A stretch of 64,000 nt of DNA from contig JAWQFM010000019.1 of assembly GCA_033442325.1 (NCBI GenBank), forward strand, positions 1,150,188-1,214,187. The letters are read 5' to 3'. The stretch is from Salpingoeca rosetta. Taxonomy: Eukaryota > Protista > Choanoflagellata. Below the pieces are notes generated by a model that was not told the DNA's origin, did no database searches, and saw only the letters and a list, made by a program, of their open reading frames with translations. This document shows positions 45,566 to 62,991 of the stretch, one piece after another. The position numbers were made by a program, and so were the translations under genes. The number at the start of each line of letters is the position of its first letter. The first letter of the stretch is position 1.

Positions 45566-46105
45566 GGTTGTGTGTAGGCGTATATGCGGGGATGTGTACG
45601 CGTGTGTGCGTGTGTGCAGAGAGCTCTGATTGGTAGCAGGGCAAGCGAGAAAGGTCCTGTGTGCGTTCTGCAACAAGCGCCGTCAAGCAGTACTAGTAGT
45701 AGTAGTAGTAGTAGTAGCAGCAGCAGCAGCAGCAGTGGTTCCGCAAATGTGGTCACCAGCAAGGGAGCGATGAATGTCATGAGCAACAAGGCAAACTTGT
45801 GAGATGCACGATCACAAGTGAAGGCGATGAACCGTACCACATCACATCACAAACGTGAACTGCCACGAGAAAGGAGCAGGGCAGTTGCGCCAGTCCGGGC
45901 TACAGGAGCACATGCATGCATGTCATTGTACACCACACCGCAGCACAGCACAGCACAGCACGACGCACCAGCACGACGCACCAGCAAGACGCACCAGAGC
46001 AAGACGCGAGCGATTGGTTGGCAGGCAGGCGAAGCAGCAGTTGTTGTTGTTTTGGTTGAAAACTCAGTTGCGACACCACAAAGTGTAGCGGATACAGCGA
46101 GGCCA

Positions 46106-50909
<4,804 letters not shown>

Positions 50910-51272
50910 CGCCCGTGCACACACACACACACACATACATGTGCACACGCACATATTCACAACTATGCATTTCTCCTTTTTCTCGTTCTTCGTCGCACTA
51001 GCCCTCATAATCAACATGTTCGATGATGTGAGTACGGCAAACACATGAACAACAGATAGAACAGCTGTACTGCCCTTGGGCTTGGCGTGATTTGTGTGTG
51101 CGTGTGCATGGCTGAAACTGGTGATGTTTGGGGGGGGGTTGATGGTTTTCGCTTCTATTGCAAGGCACGAAAGGGCATGTGTACACTCAGACAAGCGAGA
51201 GAACATTGTTTCAACTGCACCCCATTATCTTCAATAACAAAACCACACACTCACGCACTCCCTTCCTGCGTG

Positions 51273-52992
51273 TCATTGCTTCTCGCTCTTGCTTTTCTTG
51301 TTCTTCTTGTTCTTCTTGTCCTTGGCTGGCTTTTTCGCTTTTGACGTCTTCTCTGCCATTACCGCTGTGCTGCCTTCCTTGCCCTCCCCCTTCTTCTGTT
51401 TCTTCTTGCTTTTCTTTGCCACTTGTTCACCGCTGTCACTTTCGTTGCTTTCACTCGCACTCTTTCTCCTCTTCTCTTTCTTCTCTTTCTTCTCCTTCTT
51501 ATCGTCTTGCTTCTTCTTGGTCTTCTTTGCCTTCTTTTCTTTGCTCTTCTTGCTCTCCTTTCCCTCCTTGCCGGCATCCCCACCTTCCGCCTTGTCCTCC
51601 TTGTCCTTCTTCTCCTCATGTGCCTTGGCCTTTCGCTTCTCCTTCTTGTTCTTCTTCTTCTTGCTCTTCTTGTCGCTGCTTGCTTGCTTCGCCCGCTTCG
51701 CTGCTGGCTCTCCACCACTCTCCCCTGCACTGCCATCATCACCATCATCATCACCATCATCGTCGCCTTTCTTCTTGTTCTTCTTCTGCTTCTTCGTTTT
51801 CTTGCTCTTCTTCGTCAATGCATCTGCCGTCGCGCCATCGCTGCCGCTGCTCGTGGTGGTGCTGGTGCCCTCGTCATCACTGCTCGCGCTGCCACTGCTG
51901 TTGGTGCTGCTTGTCTTGTCTGCTGCTGCAGGGGCCGTGCCTTGCTTCCGCGCCAGCTTTGCTGTGAAGTAGTCCAGCACGCTCGTTGTCCGCGTGATTG
52001 TTGTCACGCCGTGCCGGGCATCCTCTTCCACCGTGCCACCTGCGCCGCCTTTCTCTGCCGCGGTGTCGTCACTGCTGTTGTTGCATCCATTGGGGCCCTC
52101 AATAGACGATTCCCGCTCTCCTTGCCGCCTCTCTGGCCGCACCGTGTTTTCGCCCAGAATGCAGCTCAGGTCTTCCTTGGAGTACGAGCTCACGTCCTTT
52201 GCCCGCTTGAACCGCGAGTACAGCACGCGCGAGCGCATGCTGGGTGCCTTCTTTGGCCTGCTGCCGTCATTGTCACCGTCGCCACCGCTGTTCAGGCCAG
52301 CAAGGACACTGGCAAAGTCGTCCTGTGTCTTGAGCCAGTTCATGTCCGTGTCATTGTTGGCGCCAACGCCTGCAGACACGCGAAGGAGGAGGGGAGGGAG
52401 GGAAGCAAGAGAAAAAGGAGGAGGAGAGAGGCAAGGGGGGCGTAGTACATATTTGGTGAGCATCTACTGAACAGCAGTGCAAACTTCAAAACAGCAGTTG
52501 CATTACAGCAGTGCTGCGGCGGAAACAGAGGCACTGCACGGTTGGATGGAGAGTTCATGGCATGCGCACCGAGAAAGTTGGACTTTTTGCGAATCTTGAC
52601 GTGGGAGGTCTGTCCGCTTGCACGTGCCCCGAGACCTTGTCCTTTCTGCCACCCCATGGACTGCAGCATACGAAAGCCAAACTTGCTTTCGTCTGTGCGT
52701 TTCGGCCAAAACCCAAACAAGACAAGCAGGCAAGAGTGAGCTGCGTGCGTTTGCGTGTTGTGCGTGTTTGTGTTGGCTATGCGCATATTCCGCAAACCAC
52801 ACAAAGAACAAACACAGACTCGCGCATGATCGCTTGAACACACAAAAACAACACACACACACACAATCACGCATACACACGCAAACACAGGCCTGCGCAC
52901 AGTGCACGAACAAACAGCGCACCTTTGGCCCACGTTGTTCCTTGAGGATCACTGCTCCATGTGGAGCGTGCCTTTGGCTGTGCCATCGACAT
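51273..52992 (-). CDS. PINX1: PinX1/Pxr1(Gno1) G-patch protein with Lys-rich tail
   Basis: 3 exons: MSMAQPKARSTWSSDPQGTTWAK|DESKFGFRMLQSMGWQKGQGLGA...HVKIRKKSNFLG|VGA...NWLKTQDDFASVLAGLN...YSRFKRAKDVSSYSKEDLSCILG, then a KKE-rich C-terminus. Confidence 0.93.
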
Positions 52993-53223
52993 GATGACGG
53001 TTAGTGCTTCAGCTAGCTGTCTATGTTGCGTATCACAGCAAACGTACACGCAACGAGGTGGTAGCCAATCGATTGCTCGCTCACTCCCGATGTCTGTCGT
53101 GTGCACTGTCAGCCGTCTGCCCGTGTCTGCCGTCTGGTCTTCTTCTCGCTCACTCAACACGAGGAGGACACGCACGCGATGATGCTTGTGTTTGCTCCTG
53201 CACACGTGCTGGCGTTGTGTTGT

Positions 53224-53380
53224 GCGCGAAAAAAAAAATGATGGAGGAATGAAAAAAAGAACGTGTTTGATTCGATGCACATAGTGTTCCTGACCACGAG
53301 GATTTGTGAAAGATTTTCGCGGATGCGGAATTGGTTGTCATAGCTGTCAAAACTGACTGCTCAGCGCGGGAATTTTCGAA
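53224..53380 (+). promoter_or_regulatory. Candidate E2F sites and CDE/CHR element in the divergent PINX1/Polo intergenic region
   Basis: GCGCGAAA at 53224-53231, TTTTCGCGG at 53314-53322, and GCGCGGG-AATT-TTCGAA at 53364-53380, all in an AT-richer, microsatellite-free patch. Confidence 0.5.
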
Positions 53381-54133
53381 TTTTGAGGTTTGAGGGTTTT
53401 GTGCAGCAGCAGCGAGTGCAGTCTCCCACTTCCCCTCCTCCTTCCGCCAGACCACAAACACCACCAGCACCAACCTCCCGCGCAACCCCCGGCAGATACA
53501 CACCCCCGACCGACCATTGATCCTCAAAGCAGGTCAGCACCACCAGTACAAGGACCAACGACGACGACGACGATAGCCACAGCCACAGCCACAGCCACAG
53601 CAACAGCAACGACAGCAACGACGACAGCAACGACGACAGCCACACGTGAAATCGCCTCGCCCTCCTCTTCGCTTCACTCACGGAACTCGCGTAGGTCAAC
53701 TACAACTCGTCGCAACACAACAGGTGCGTTGGTTGGTCGGCTGCTTCTACGCAGAGCGAGCTTCTCGTTGTCGTGGTTGTTGTTGTTGTTGAAGTGGTGG
53801 TGGTGGTGGTGAGAGGTAGACTCGATGTGTTCGTTCCCATCGCAATGCTCGCTAGCGAACAACAGCTTCACAAGCAGCCACATGCAAACGACCTCGTGTC
53901 TGTAGCGCCGCAGCATCAAGCCTGCCCATCATCATAAGCATCATCAGCTGCAGCCCCACCACCATCATCACCAAGAGACACCTCATGACCAGCCCCATCA
54001 CTTTCATCATCTTCAGCCGCAGCCTCGTGTGGCTTGATCATTTCGTTTCACTCACATACGGTCCTGGCACCTTGTTCTCGTTTCTGCGGATGTGTATGTG
54101 TGTGTGTGTGTGTGTGTGTGTAGACCGTCAACC

Positions 54134-54303
54134 ATGACTAGTTTGCGTCCCCATGTGCCCAAGACATATGCCGCCCCCACCTCTGGGGTGACCAAGCATT
54201 CGTCCCGCTCCAGCACCATTCCAGACACCATCTATGACAAGCACACGGGCTCCAAATACGTGCGCGGCAGCTTCCTCGGAAAGGTTCGACACATCTTCTG
54301 AGG

Positions 54304-54370
<67 letters not shown>

Positions 54371-54588
54371 TGTGTGTGTGTGTGGTGTGTTGTGTGTGTG
54401 TGTGTGTGTGGATGCGTGTGTGTGGATGCGTGTGTGTGGATGTGGTGTGTTGCCTGGGTGGGTGTGCGCGGCCTTGTGTCTCTGCGCTATCTGCCTGAGG
54501 ACGACAAACCATGCACCACACCCTAGGCATGCAATACTGCACACGCCCTTGCAATCACTGACCCTTGAATCAATCTCACATCGTCGCA

Positions 54589-54658
<70 letters not shown>

Positions 54659-56789
54659 TCTGCAGGGTGGCTTTGCGTACTGTTACAAGCTCACAGATGT
54701 CAAGACCAAGAAGGTCTACGCAGGCAAGATTGTGTCAAAGGCCACTCTTACCAAGCACCGCGCTAAGGAGAAGGTCAGTGGCACCAGCACTATCTTGTTT
54801 GCTCTCATGTGAGCGCGTGTCTGCTGTCGTGTAAACGGCTGGCCGCTACGCCACACCAAGCCGGTCCATGCCCAGTCCATCCCCTTCAAGCCACTTCTGC
54901 CTCTGTAACGCTCTCTGAATGCCATTGCAATGCACTCGCATCCACTCCCACATCCTTGCCACGTCGCTCCCACTGCCCTCACACATGTCAATGTCTGTGC
55001 GCTGCAGCTCCGCTCCGAGATTCAGATCCACAAGAGCCTGAGGCACAAGCACGTCGTTGACTTTCACAGCTTCTTTGAGGACGAGAACAACGTCTACATT
55101 CTCCTTGAGCTGTGCCCCAACCAGGTGTGTGTGTGTGCAGGTTGTGCGTGCGTGTGTGCAGGTTGTGCGTGTGTGTGTATGTGAGTGTGTGTGTGTGTGT
55201 GTGCACGCGTTAGTGCGTGTGTGTAGGCTGTGTGTAGGTTGTGTGTGTGTTATTGCGGAAAGTGTGTTGCAGTGTAACACATTACGCTTGTCATGTTGGC
55301 ACCCGTTACGACGCCCAATGCTCACATGGTCCACGATCATGACCACCACCAACCGTGCGCAGTCGATGATGGAGCTGCACAAGCGCCGCCGGGCGCTGAC
55401 GGAGGCCGAGGCGCGCTACTACCTCGTGCAGATTGTGCTGGCCACCAAGTACATGCACAAGCGCAAGGTGATCCACCGTGACCTCAAGCTGGGCAACCTC
55501 TTCCTCGGGTCGCGCATGGACGTCAAGGTTGGCGACTTTGGTCTCGCCACCACCGTCACATACGACGGCGAGCGCAAGAAGTGAGTCACGCACGGGGATG
55601 CTGGTGGTGCTGTTACTGCCATTATTGCTGTTACTACTGTTGCTGTGACTGTCTTGCCTGGTGCGCGTGGTTGTACGCAATCACACACGCACACACACAA
55701 ACAACAACGAACATAAGCCCCCCTCCCACGCAAACATCACACACCCAATGCTAACCCTGGTCCCCTACGCCACCTTGGCATTCCCCCTGCACACAGGACG
55801 CTGTGTGGAACACCAAACTACATTGCGCCCGAGATTCTTGAAGGACGACAGGGCCACAGCTTTGAGGTGGACGTGTGGTCGATTGGCTGCATCCTGTACA
55901 CGCTGCTGGTGGGTAAGCCCCCATTTGAGACGCGCGACATCAAGACAACCTACCGCAAGATCCGCCACAACGACTACAACATCCCTGCCGCCGCCAAGGT
56001 GACAAGCGACGCGGAGAATCTGATTCGCAACCTGCTGCACCCGGAGCCCACCAAGCGGCCAAGCCTTGACGCAATCCTCGAGCACCCGTTTGTCACCGCC
56101 CACTTTGTGCCGGCCACGCTGCCTGTGAGCGCGCTGACGGTGCGTCCCACCTTCAGCGGCACCCCCGCCATGGCTGTGCACGACCTTGTTGATGGCGACA
56201 GCCACCACCACGCGCACCCCCGCGCGCAGGCACCGGCAGCAGTGCACGACACGCGTCGTGGCGCATCAGGCGCAAAGGCGACGCGGCAGCCACTCAGCAG
56301 CATCAACAACCAGCTTCCAGGCACCACCACCACATCCGCACCCATGGTACGAGCCACGCAGATTTCTCGTCTGGTGTGCTGCTGCATGAGGGTGGAGGGA
56401 GAGGGAGAGAGAAGGAAGAAGAGAGGGGCAGAGTGTGTGCGGCAAGGGGGAGGGGATGAGGAGAGCAAGAAATTGACTGGAGACGGTGAAGTCTGAAACT
56501 GTTGTCAATGTGTTGTGCGCGTTCTCACCATTGTTGCCTTTGTTGCTGTCTAAACGATATCGCCTCCCACCCTCATCGCCGTATCTCTTGTCTCTCCCAT
56601 CCTCGCCCCACCCCCCGCCTCCTTCCCGCTGCCTCACCTCAACAGAAGAAGGTGGCTGCTGCCCCGGTGCCGTCGTCATCATCGCGCTCCAAGCTCGAGA
56701 AACTCCACAAGCGCCTCTTCAACGTCACTGCCGAGCAGGCAAAGGCATCTACATCCTTCCTCCCAGGTAAGCAACTGTGCGTGTGTGTC

Positions 56790-56874
<85 letters not shown>

Positions 56875-57792
56875 GTCGGCTTGCGCGCTGTGACGTGAAG
56901 GTTTCCTGACTGCTTCTTCTCCCCACTACCTCTCACCTTCCTCACACTTATGACCACCTTTTCCTCCTTGCTCCATTGTTTTGCCACCCCCTGCTTCCTC
57001 TCCTCTTGTCTCCGTCGTTTTGCCTTTGATGTCTACAGCCCCTGCGCCCTCTGCGGAGACGCGGCGCGGCGTTGCTGTGACCAAGTGGGTCGACTATTCG
57101 TTCAAGTATGGCCTTGGCTACCAGCTCTCTGACGGCACCGTTGGCGTCTTCTTCAACGACCACACCAAGATTGCCCTCGCCGCAGACCTCAAGTCAGTAC
57201 CACGTGTTTGTGGATGCATCTGTGCGTGTGCGTATGCGCGAATGTGTGCCTGTGTGTCTGTATCTGCGTGTGCGCGTGCGTGCGTGCGTGTGTGTGTTTG
57301 TGTGTGTCTGTGTGCCTGTGTATCTGTACATGTGCGTATGCGCGTATGTATGTGCGTCTGTCCGCGGGTGTATTTGCGAGGTGATTGGGCCCTTGCTTCA
57401 ACACTTGCCTTGTTGCGCACACGTTTGCATACACTCCCATCCAGCTCGTGTCACGCTTGCGCCGTACTCACGTGTGCACACACACACATACACACGCGCT
57501 TTCTTTTCCATTAGGCATGTTGAGTTTACGGACCGGGACTGCCGCGGTGGCAAGGTGACTTGCATGACGCTGGACGCATACCCTGATGAGCTCAATAAGA
57601 AGATCACCCTCCTCAAGTATTTCCGCGATTACATGAGGGAAAACCTGCAAGATGTGAGTGGCTTGGTCGTGTGTGACAATGATCGGGGTCATTCATGCTC
57701 CATGCACGTGTGCGTGTGTGGTCGCGCGTATGTGTGTGTGTGGTTGCTGGTTGTTGTGCTTTTGCTCTTGCGTCTCTCTCTCTCTCTCTGTG

Positions 57793-57829
<37 letters not shown>

Positions 57830-58367
57830 CTCTCTCTCTCTCTCTGTCACACACACACACACACACACTCTCTCTCTCTGTCTCTGTCGACTTGACCCTC
57901 GCCTTCCCTCTTCCCATCTCAATTTTCTTTGTCCCTCTTCCCCCCCCCTGCTATGCTACGATAATCGACTCATCATTGTGCATGGGCTCTGCCACTGCCT
58001 CGTGTCTGTGCATACCCAGGGTCCCGATGCCATGCTTGCGGACAAGCGTGTGTATGAGCCTGGCCTGGCCGTCGTGAACAAGTGGCTGCGCACCAAGCAC
58101 GCCATTGTTTTCCGCATGAACGTGGGCGTCGTGCAGGTCAACTTCTTTGACCACTCGAAGCTTGTGGTGAACGGGCCACGCGACACCGTCACCTTCATCA
58201 ATACCGAGGGCGAGACCAACACGTACTTCCTGGACGACGTGGCCAAGAGCAACCACCCATCGCTGGAGAACCTCAGCTCGCGCCTGACATATGTCTCCGA
58301 TATTGTTGACCACATGGTCTCCAAACAACGCAGCACTGCCACCACCAGCTCCGAGGCAACTGCGTAA
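54134..58367 (+). CDS. PLK1: Polo-like kinase 1 ortholog
   Basis: FLGK|[38 protein letters not shown]|[13 protein letters not shown]-box-like RQPLSSIN, polo boxes [41 protein letters not shown] and [11 protein letters not shown]...[10 protein letters not shown]. Stop TAA at 58365-58367. Confidence 0.97.
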
Positions 58368-58954
58368 TTCCTCGGCTGTCGAGTGTGTGTGTGTGTGTAT
58401 GTGTGTGTGTGCCTGTTTGTGCAGGGACGCCGTGTTTACCAGTCGTGCGAGATGCTGAGATGCATATGCACGCACTGTGTTTTCACACCAATGATCCCAA
58501 TGTTCATTTGTTGTCCTGCACCCATTCCCATGAGCGTTTTCCCCCTCTTTGACTTTCATCTCTGCTTCTTGTTTTCTTCTCCCTCTCTTTTTTCTTTGTG
58601 TTTCCGCCTTTTATGAGCATGTGCGAGGTGATGAAGGTGTTGCCGTGGGGGGGGGGGGGGGTTGAGTCAGGTTGCATCGGTTGCTTGCCTGAATGGTTGG
58701 TTGGTTGTTTCGCACAGAAAGCATGAACGAGCAGCGTGTTGTGATTTTTCTTCCTCGATTCTTTGATTCGATGCTTCGAGTGGTGTTCAAAATGAATAAA
58801 ACTGTTCATTTTTGAGCGGCTGCCAAATTCGACATTCCCTCCGTGTGATGATAATTTGTGAATATCTTTCATGTGCATCGAGCCGCACCGCAAAACAGCG
58901 TGGCACATGCCCTGAAAAATTGGCCCTCTGCTAATCCGCGTGTGTGAGAGTGTG

Positions 58955-58969
58955 CCTTTTTCCCCTTCC
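58955..58969 (+). promoter_or_regulatory. Pyrimidine tract (TOP/TCT-like) upstream of the RPL18A start codon
   Basis: CCTTTTTCCCCTTCC about 40-55 nt upstream of the ATG of a ribosomal protein gene; the TSS is not known. Confidence 0.45.
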
Positions 58970-59010
58970 ACCACCACCACGAGTGCAACCCCTGATACAC
59001 GACCGCCAGG

Positions 59011-60885
59011 ATGAAGGTGTCTGGTCAGGTGAGCTCTCCCCCACGTGTTGTGCTTGTGTGTGTGTGGCTGTGGCAGGGCTGTGTGTGTGTGTGGTTGTGG
59101 CTGTGGTTGTGGCTGTAGCTGTGGCTGTGGCTGTGGTTGTGGCTTTGGTTGAAGGTCTTTGCTTGGTGGATCCGTCGCCGAAGCTACGGCAGTGAACAGC
59201 AACAGCGAGGTGTGCACGCGCGTGTGCAGCCGTGGCTCAGGCAGGATGTTGCTGATGACGCTTGCTGATGCGAAACGACGCTCATCGACAACACCAGCTC
59301 CAGCTCCAGCTCCAGCTCCAGCTCCAGCTCCAGCTCCAGCTCCAGCTCCAGCTCCAGCTCCAGCTCCAGCACGCCCGCTCGTTGAGCGGTTTGGACCGGA
59401 TGTGTGGAGATGATGGGGACTTGAAAAGGGTGCCGGTTCTATGGCATGTTTCACCACCACAGCCAGGCTCTGCCGCAACCACCACACAGTGGCTTTCGTG
59501 TGCTTCTTGTTGCTGGTGGTTGTTGCTGTCCACTGTGCCGCGTGCCCTTTCTGTGGAAGGTCGAACCCTTCCCCTCCGCGCCTGTTGTGCGCCACCACCA
59601 GCAGCACCTCACCGCTAACAACGTGTGTGTTGGTTCACTCACCATGTCTGTCGCTTGTCCCGTGTCTAACCTGTGTCGTGTCTCTCTCTTCTTCCCTCCC
59701 CCCTCCCTATCTCTCGTTGTTTCCTTTTCCCGCTTGCTTTTTTGGCAGCTGCGGCAATACGAGATCATCGGGCGCAAGCTCCCGACTGAGAAGGAGCCCG
59801 AGCAGCCGCTCTACAAGATGACCATCTTCGCTCCCAACGAGGTGGTCGCCAAGAGCCGCTTCTGGTACTTCCTGTCCCAGCTCAAGAAGATGAAGCGCTC
59901 CACCGGCCAGATTCTTCGCATCACCCGCATCCACGAGAAGCGAAGGGGTGTTGTCCGCAACTACGGCATCTGGCTCCGCTACGACTCTCGCTCCAACACA
60001 CACAACATGTACCGCGAGTACCGTGACGTGTCCCTCGCCAACGCCGTCACCAACCTCTGTACGTTCCTTTGTTCTTTCAATGTCACGTGGAAGGGAGGAG
60101 AAAGAGGAGAAAGAGCGTTTGTTTTTGTGTTCTGGCCAGTCGCACTGCACTGCACTGCAGTGGGCTTTTGTGTGTATGTGTGTGTGTGTGTGTGTTGCTG
60201 GGTAGTGTGACGCGCTGTGGTTTGTGAGAGACGTGGGCCCTGCTCCGTCAATCATCCGTGTTGCTGCGCGTGTGTATTTCTCATGCCCCGTGCCTGTTGC
60301 TACCCTCCTCTTCCCTGCCCCTCCCTGTTTTGTCGCGCTATTTGCTGGTTTGCGTGTGCACAGACCGCGAGATGGCTGCCCGCCACCGCTGCCGTGGTCG
60401 CTCCATCCAGATCATCCGCACGGATGTGATCCCCGCGTCCAAGTGCATCCGCCCCCACACCAAGCAGTTCCTGGTGCGTGTGGGCGTGCGTATGTTTGTT
60501 TGTTTGTTTGTTTCGTGGTTGTTTTGGTGGTGGTGCTTGTTGGTTTGCTGGTTTTCCCGCTTTTGCCGTTTGTTGTTACCGTCAGTGTCGTCGTGTTCGT
60601 GTGTGCCTGTGCTGCGTTGTCGTATTGTTGTTGCTTTGATCTTGTGCGGGGAGACGCTTGAAGCACCTTTCAGTCCTGGCGCATCTCTCTCTGTCTGTCT
60701 CTGTGCTGTGGTCACGCCGCTCACGACTTGCTTCTCCCCCCCCCCCTTCATGAAACCTGTTCTGTGCTTTTGTGCCATTGCCCATACAGGACTCGAAGAT
60801 CAAGTTCCCTCTGCCCCACCGCCGCTTCGCCAGCCAGTTCAAGAGCCGCTTTGTTGCCAAGCGCCCATCCACCTTCTTCGGTTGA
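59011..60885 (+). CDS. RPL18A: 60S ribosomal protein L18a (eL20)
   Basis: Exons 59011-59028 (MKVSGQ), 59749-60058 ([13 protein letters not shown]...[16 protein letters not shown]...[23 protein letters not shown]), 60364-60473 (EMAARHR...SIQII) and 60790-60885 ([11 protein letters not shown]...RPSTFFG*). Confidence 0.98.
59294..59370. repeat. (CCAGCT)n hexamer repeat in RPL18A intron 1
   Basis: About 12 perfect copies, directly visible. Confidence 0.95.
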
Positions 60886-61141
60886 GTGTGATGTCGTCGT
60901 CTTCTTCATTGTTGCCATGTGCCAGTAAACGAGCTGAGCTGGAACGTTATGCGTTTAATCTACGATGATGAGAGCACGAGAGTGAATCGGGGGGAAAACC
61001 GCACATGGAGTAGAGACAGTGAATAGACAAGGCGATGAGAAGGTGGGCTGCGTGTGTGTGTGTGTGTGTGTGGTATGTATACGGGCGTTCCCTAAAGTGT
61101 GGTTCTGTTATGTTACAGTTACATGGGTGTGTTGTCTTCAG

Positions 61142-61832
61142 CTAGTTAATGTGGGATTGAAATGCCCAGCATTCCTCCACTGCTGTCCTGAGCGCAGAGG
61201 ATGTGGATGGTGGTGGCGTGTGTTGCGTGGCCAGTGCAATCCACCCCCGACAGTGCTGCGTGATAGCGGTGTGCTCGTGCAAGGTGTGTTTGCCGGCACG
61301 AAGTCCGTACTGCTGCAGTCGCCGAACAAACGTGTCCATTACAACCACATAGAGCAACCAGTCGTGGCGGTCGTGTTTGACATCAAGCGTCGTCCACGCG
61401 TCCCGCGGCAGTGTCGTGTAGCCTCGATGGCGCATCACCTCTGTGTTGATTGTGTGCGTGTGTGTGCGTGTGTATGTGTGTGTGAGTGAGTGAGTAGCTG
61501 CGAGTTGATTAGCTGGTTGATTAGCGTACTGCAAACGCATGAGGTCACACACATTAACACACACACATTAACACACACACATTCACACACATTAACACAG
61601 ACACACACACACACACACATTCACACACACACACACATTCACACACACACCTACCTGCGTATTGCGACGAGTCGCGGGTGTGGATAAACTCGTCCGCGTG
61701 AGGGAGGGTGCCGAGCATGCGATGGAAGAGACACACGGACGTGTCATAGTCGTCGGTGATGCCAAGAAACGCAAACGTGCGCTGCACAACGCCAATCGCT
61801 TGCAGCACGTGCCCTGGTCATGCCGTGCGCCA

Positions 61833-61929
<97 letters not shown>

Positions 61930-62605
61930 GCGTGTGTGTGTGTGTGCGTGTGTGCGTGTGTGTGTGCCATGTGAGTGTGTTGGGGGAACGTGCTAATTTA
62001 GGGGCATCATAGCAGAGACACCCACACATTACAGCACAACACGCACGTACACACATTCACATATGCACACACATGCACACATATGTCGCTGTACCGATAG
62101 TAAGAGCCACGTCGTCGGATGCGCATTCGTATCCGATCAAGTGCTTCACCTGACACCCGGCAATGCCTGCACATGCAACCGAGTGAAAGTATGCAGGCGT
62201 CAGCGTGGGCGTGTATGTATGTGTGATGGAAGGGACACTCTCAAGAGTGTGCGAGACTGCAAGACCGCGAGACAGTGCACAGCCATGCGTAGACACCCTT
62301 GTGGACTGATACAATGTGGCAGGTGGCGACTGCAAACGCATCGGCGAGCAGCAACCTGGGAAGGTGGCAAAGGCCTTGAGCGTCGTCAGGTCACGAAGAC
62401 GCTTCTTGATCTTCTTGCCACGCAGCCCAAACCTAGACGCATGCGCGTAAAGGGAGAGGGGGGAGAGGGTCGTTGTGCGGTGGGTAATGGTGGGATGGTA
62501 TGGCTGATGTACACGCGAGAGCACATGTGCATGGAGGAAAGTGGAAACGAGGCGGCCAATCCTCTTCACAACCACACAACATCACACACGCACACACACA
62601 CAACA

Positions 62606-62673
<68 letters not shown>

Positions 62674-62903
62674 CGCGTACGCGTGGCGGTGGTAGTTAAA
62701 GGCCGAGAGTAATCTGCGGCGGGGATCACGGAACAGCCCGACATGCACACGCGCACCCGTCGCTTGGGGCTGATGGCGGTCTTGGTGGTCTTGGTAGCGT
62801 CTGCTAAGAGGCGTGTGGCCGCGTGGCTCCAGCAGCATTGCCGCACACTCCCGCTCCCACACATGCTTGTTGGCGTCTACATCATGGCACGTACAGGTGT
62901 GTG

Positions 62904-62991
<88 letters not shown>

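Noticed and set aside
51289-52445. Hydrophobic F/L-rich plus-strand ORFs that look like membrane proteins
   Set aside because: Antisense of the Lys/Glu-rich PINX1 tail.
60965-61030. ATGATGA C-box-like motif downstream of RPL18A
   Set aside because: No suitably placed CTGA D-box or terminal stem; probably 3' UTR.
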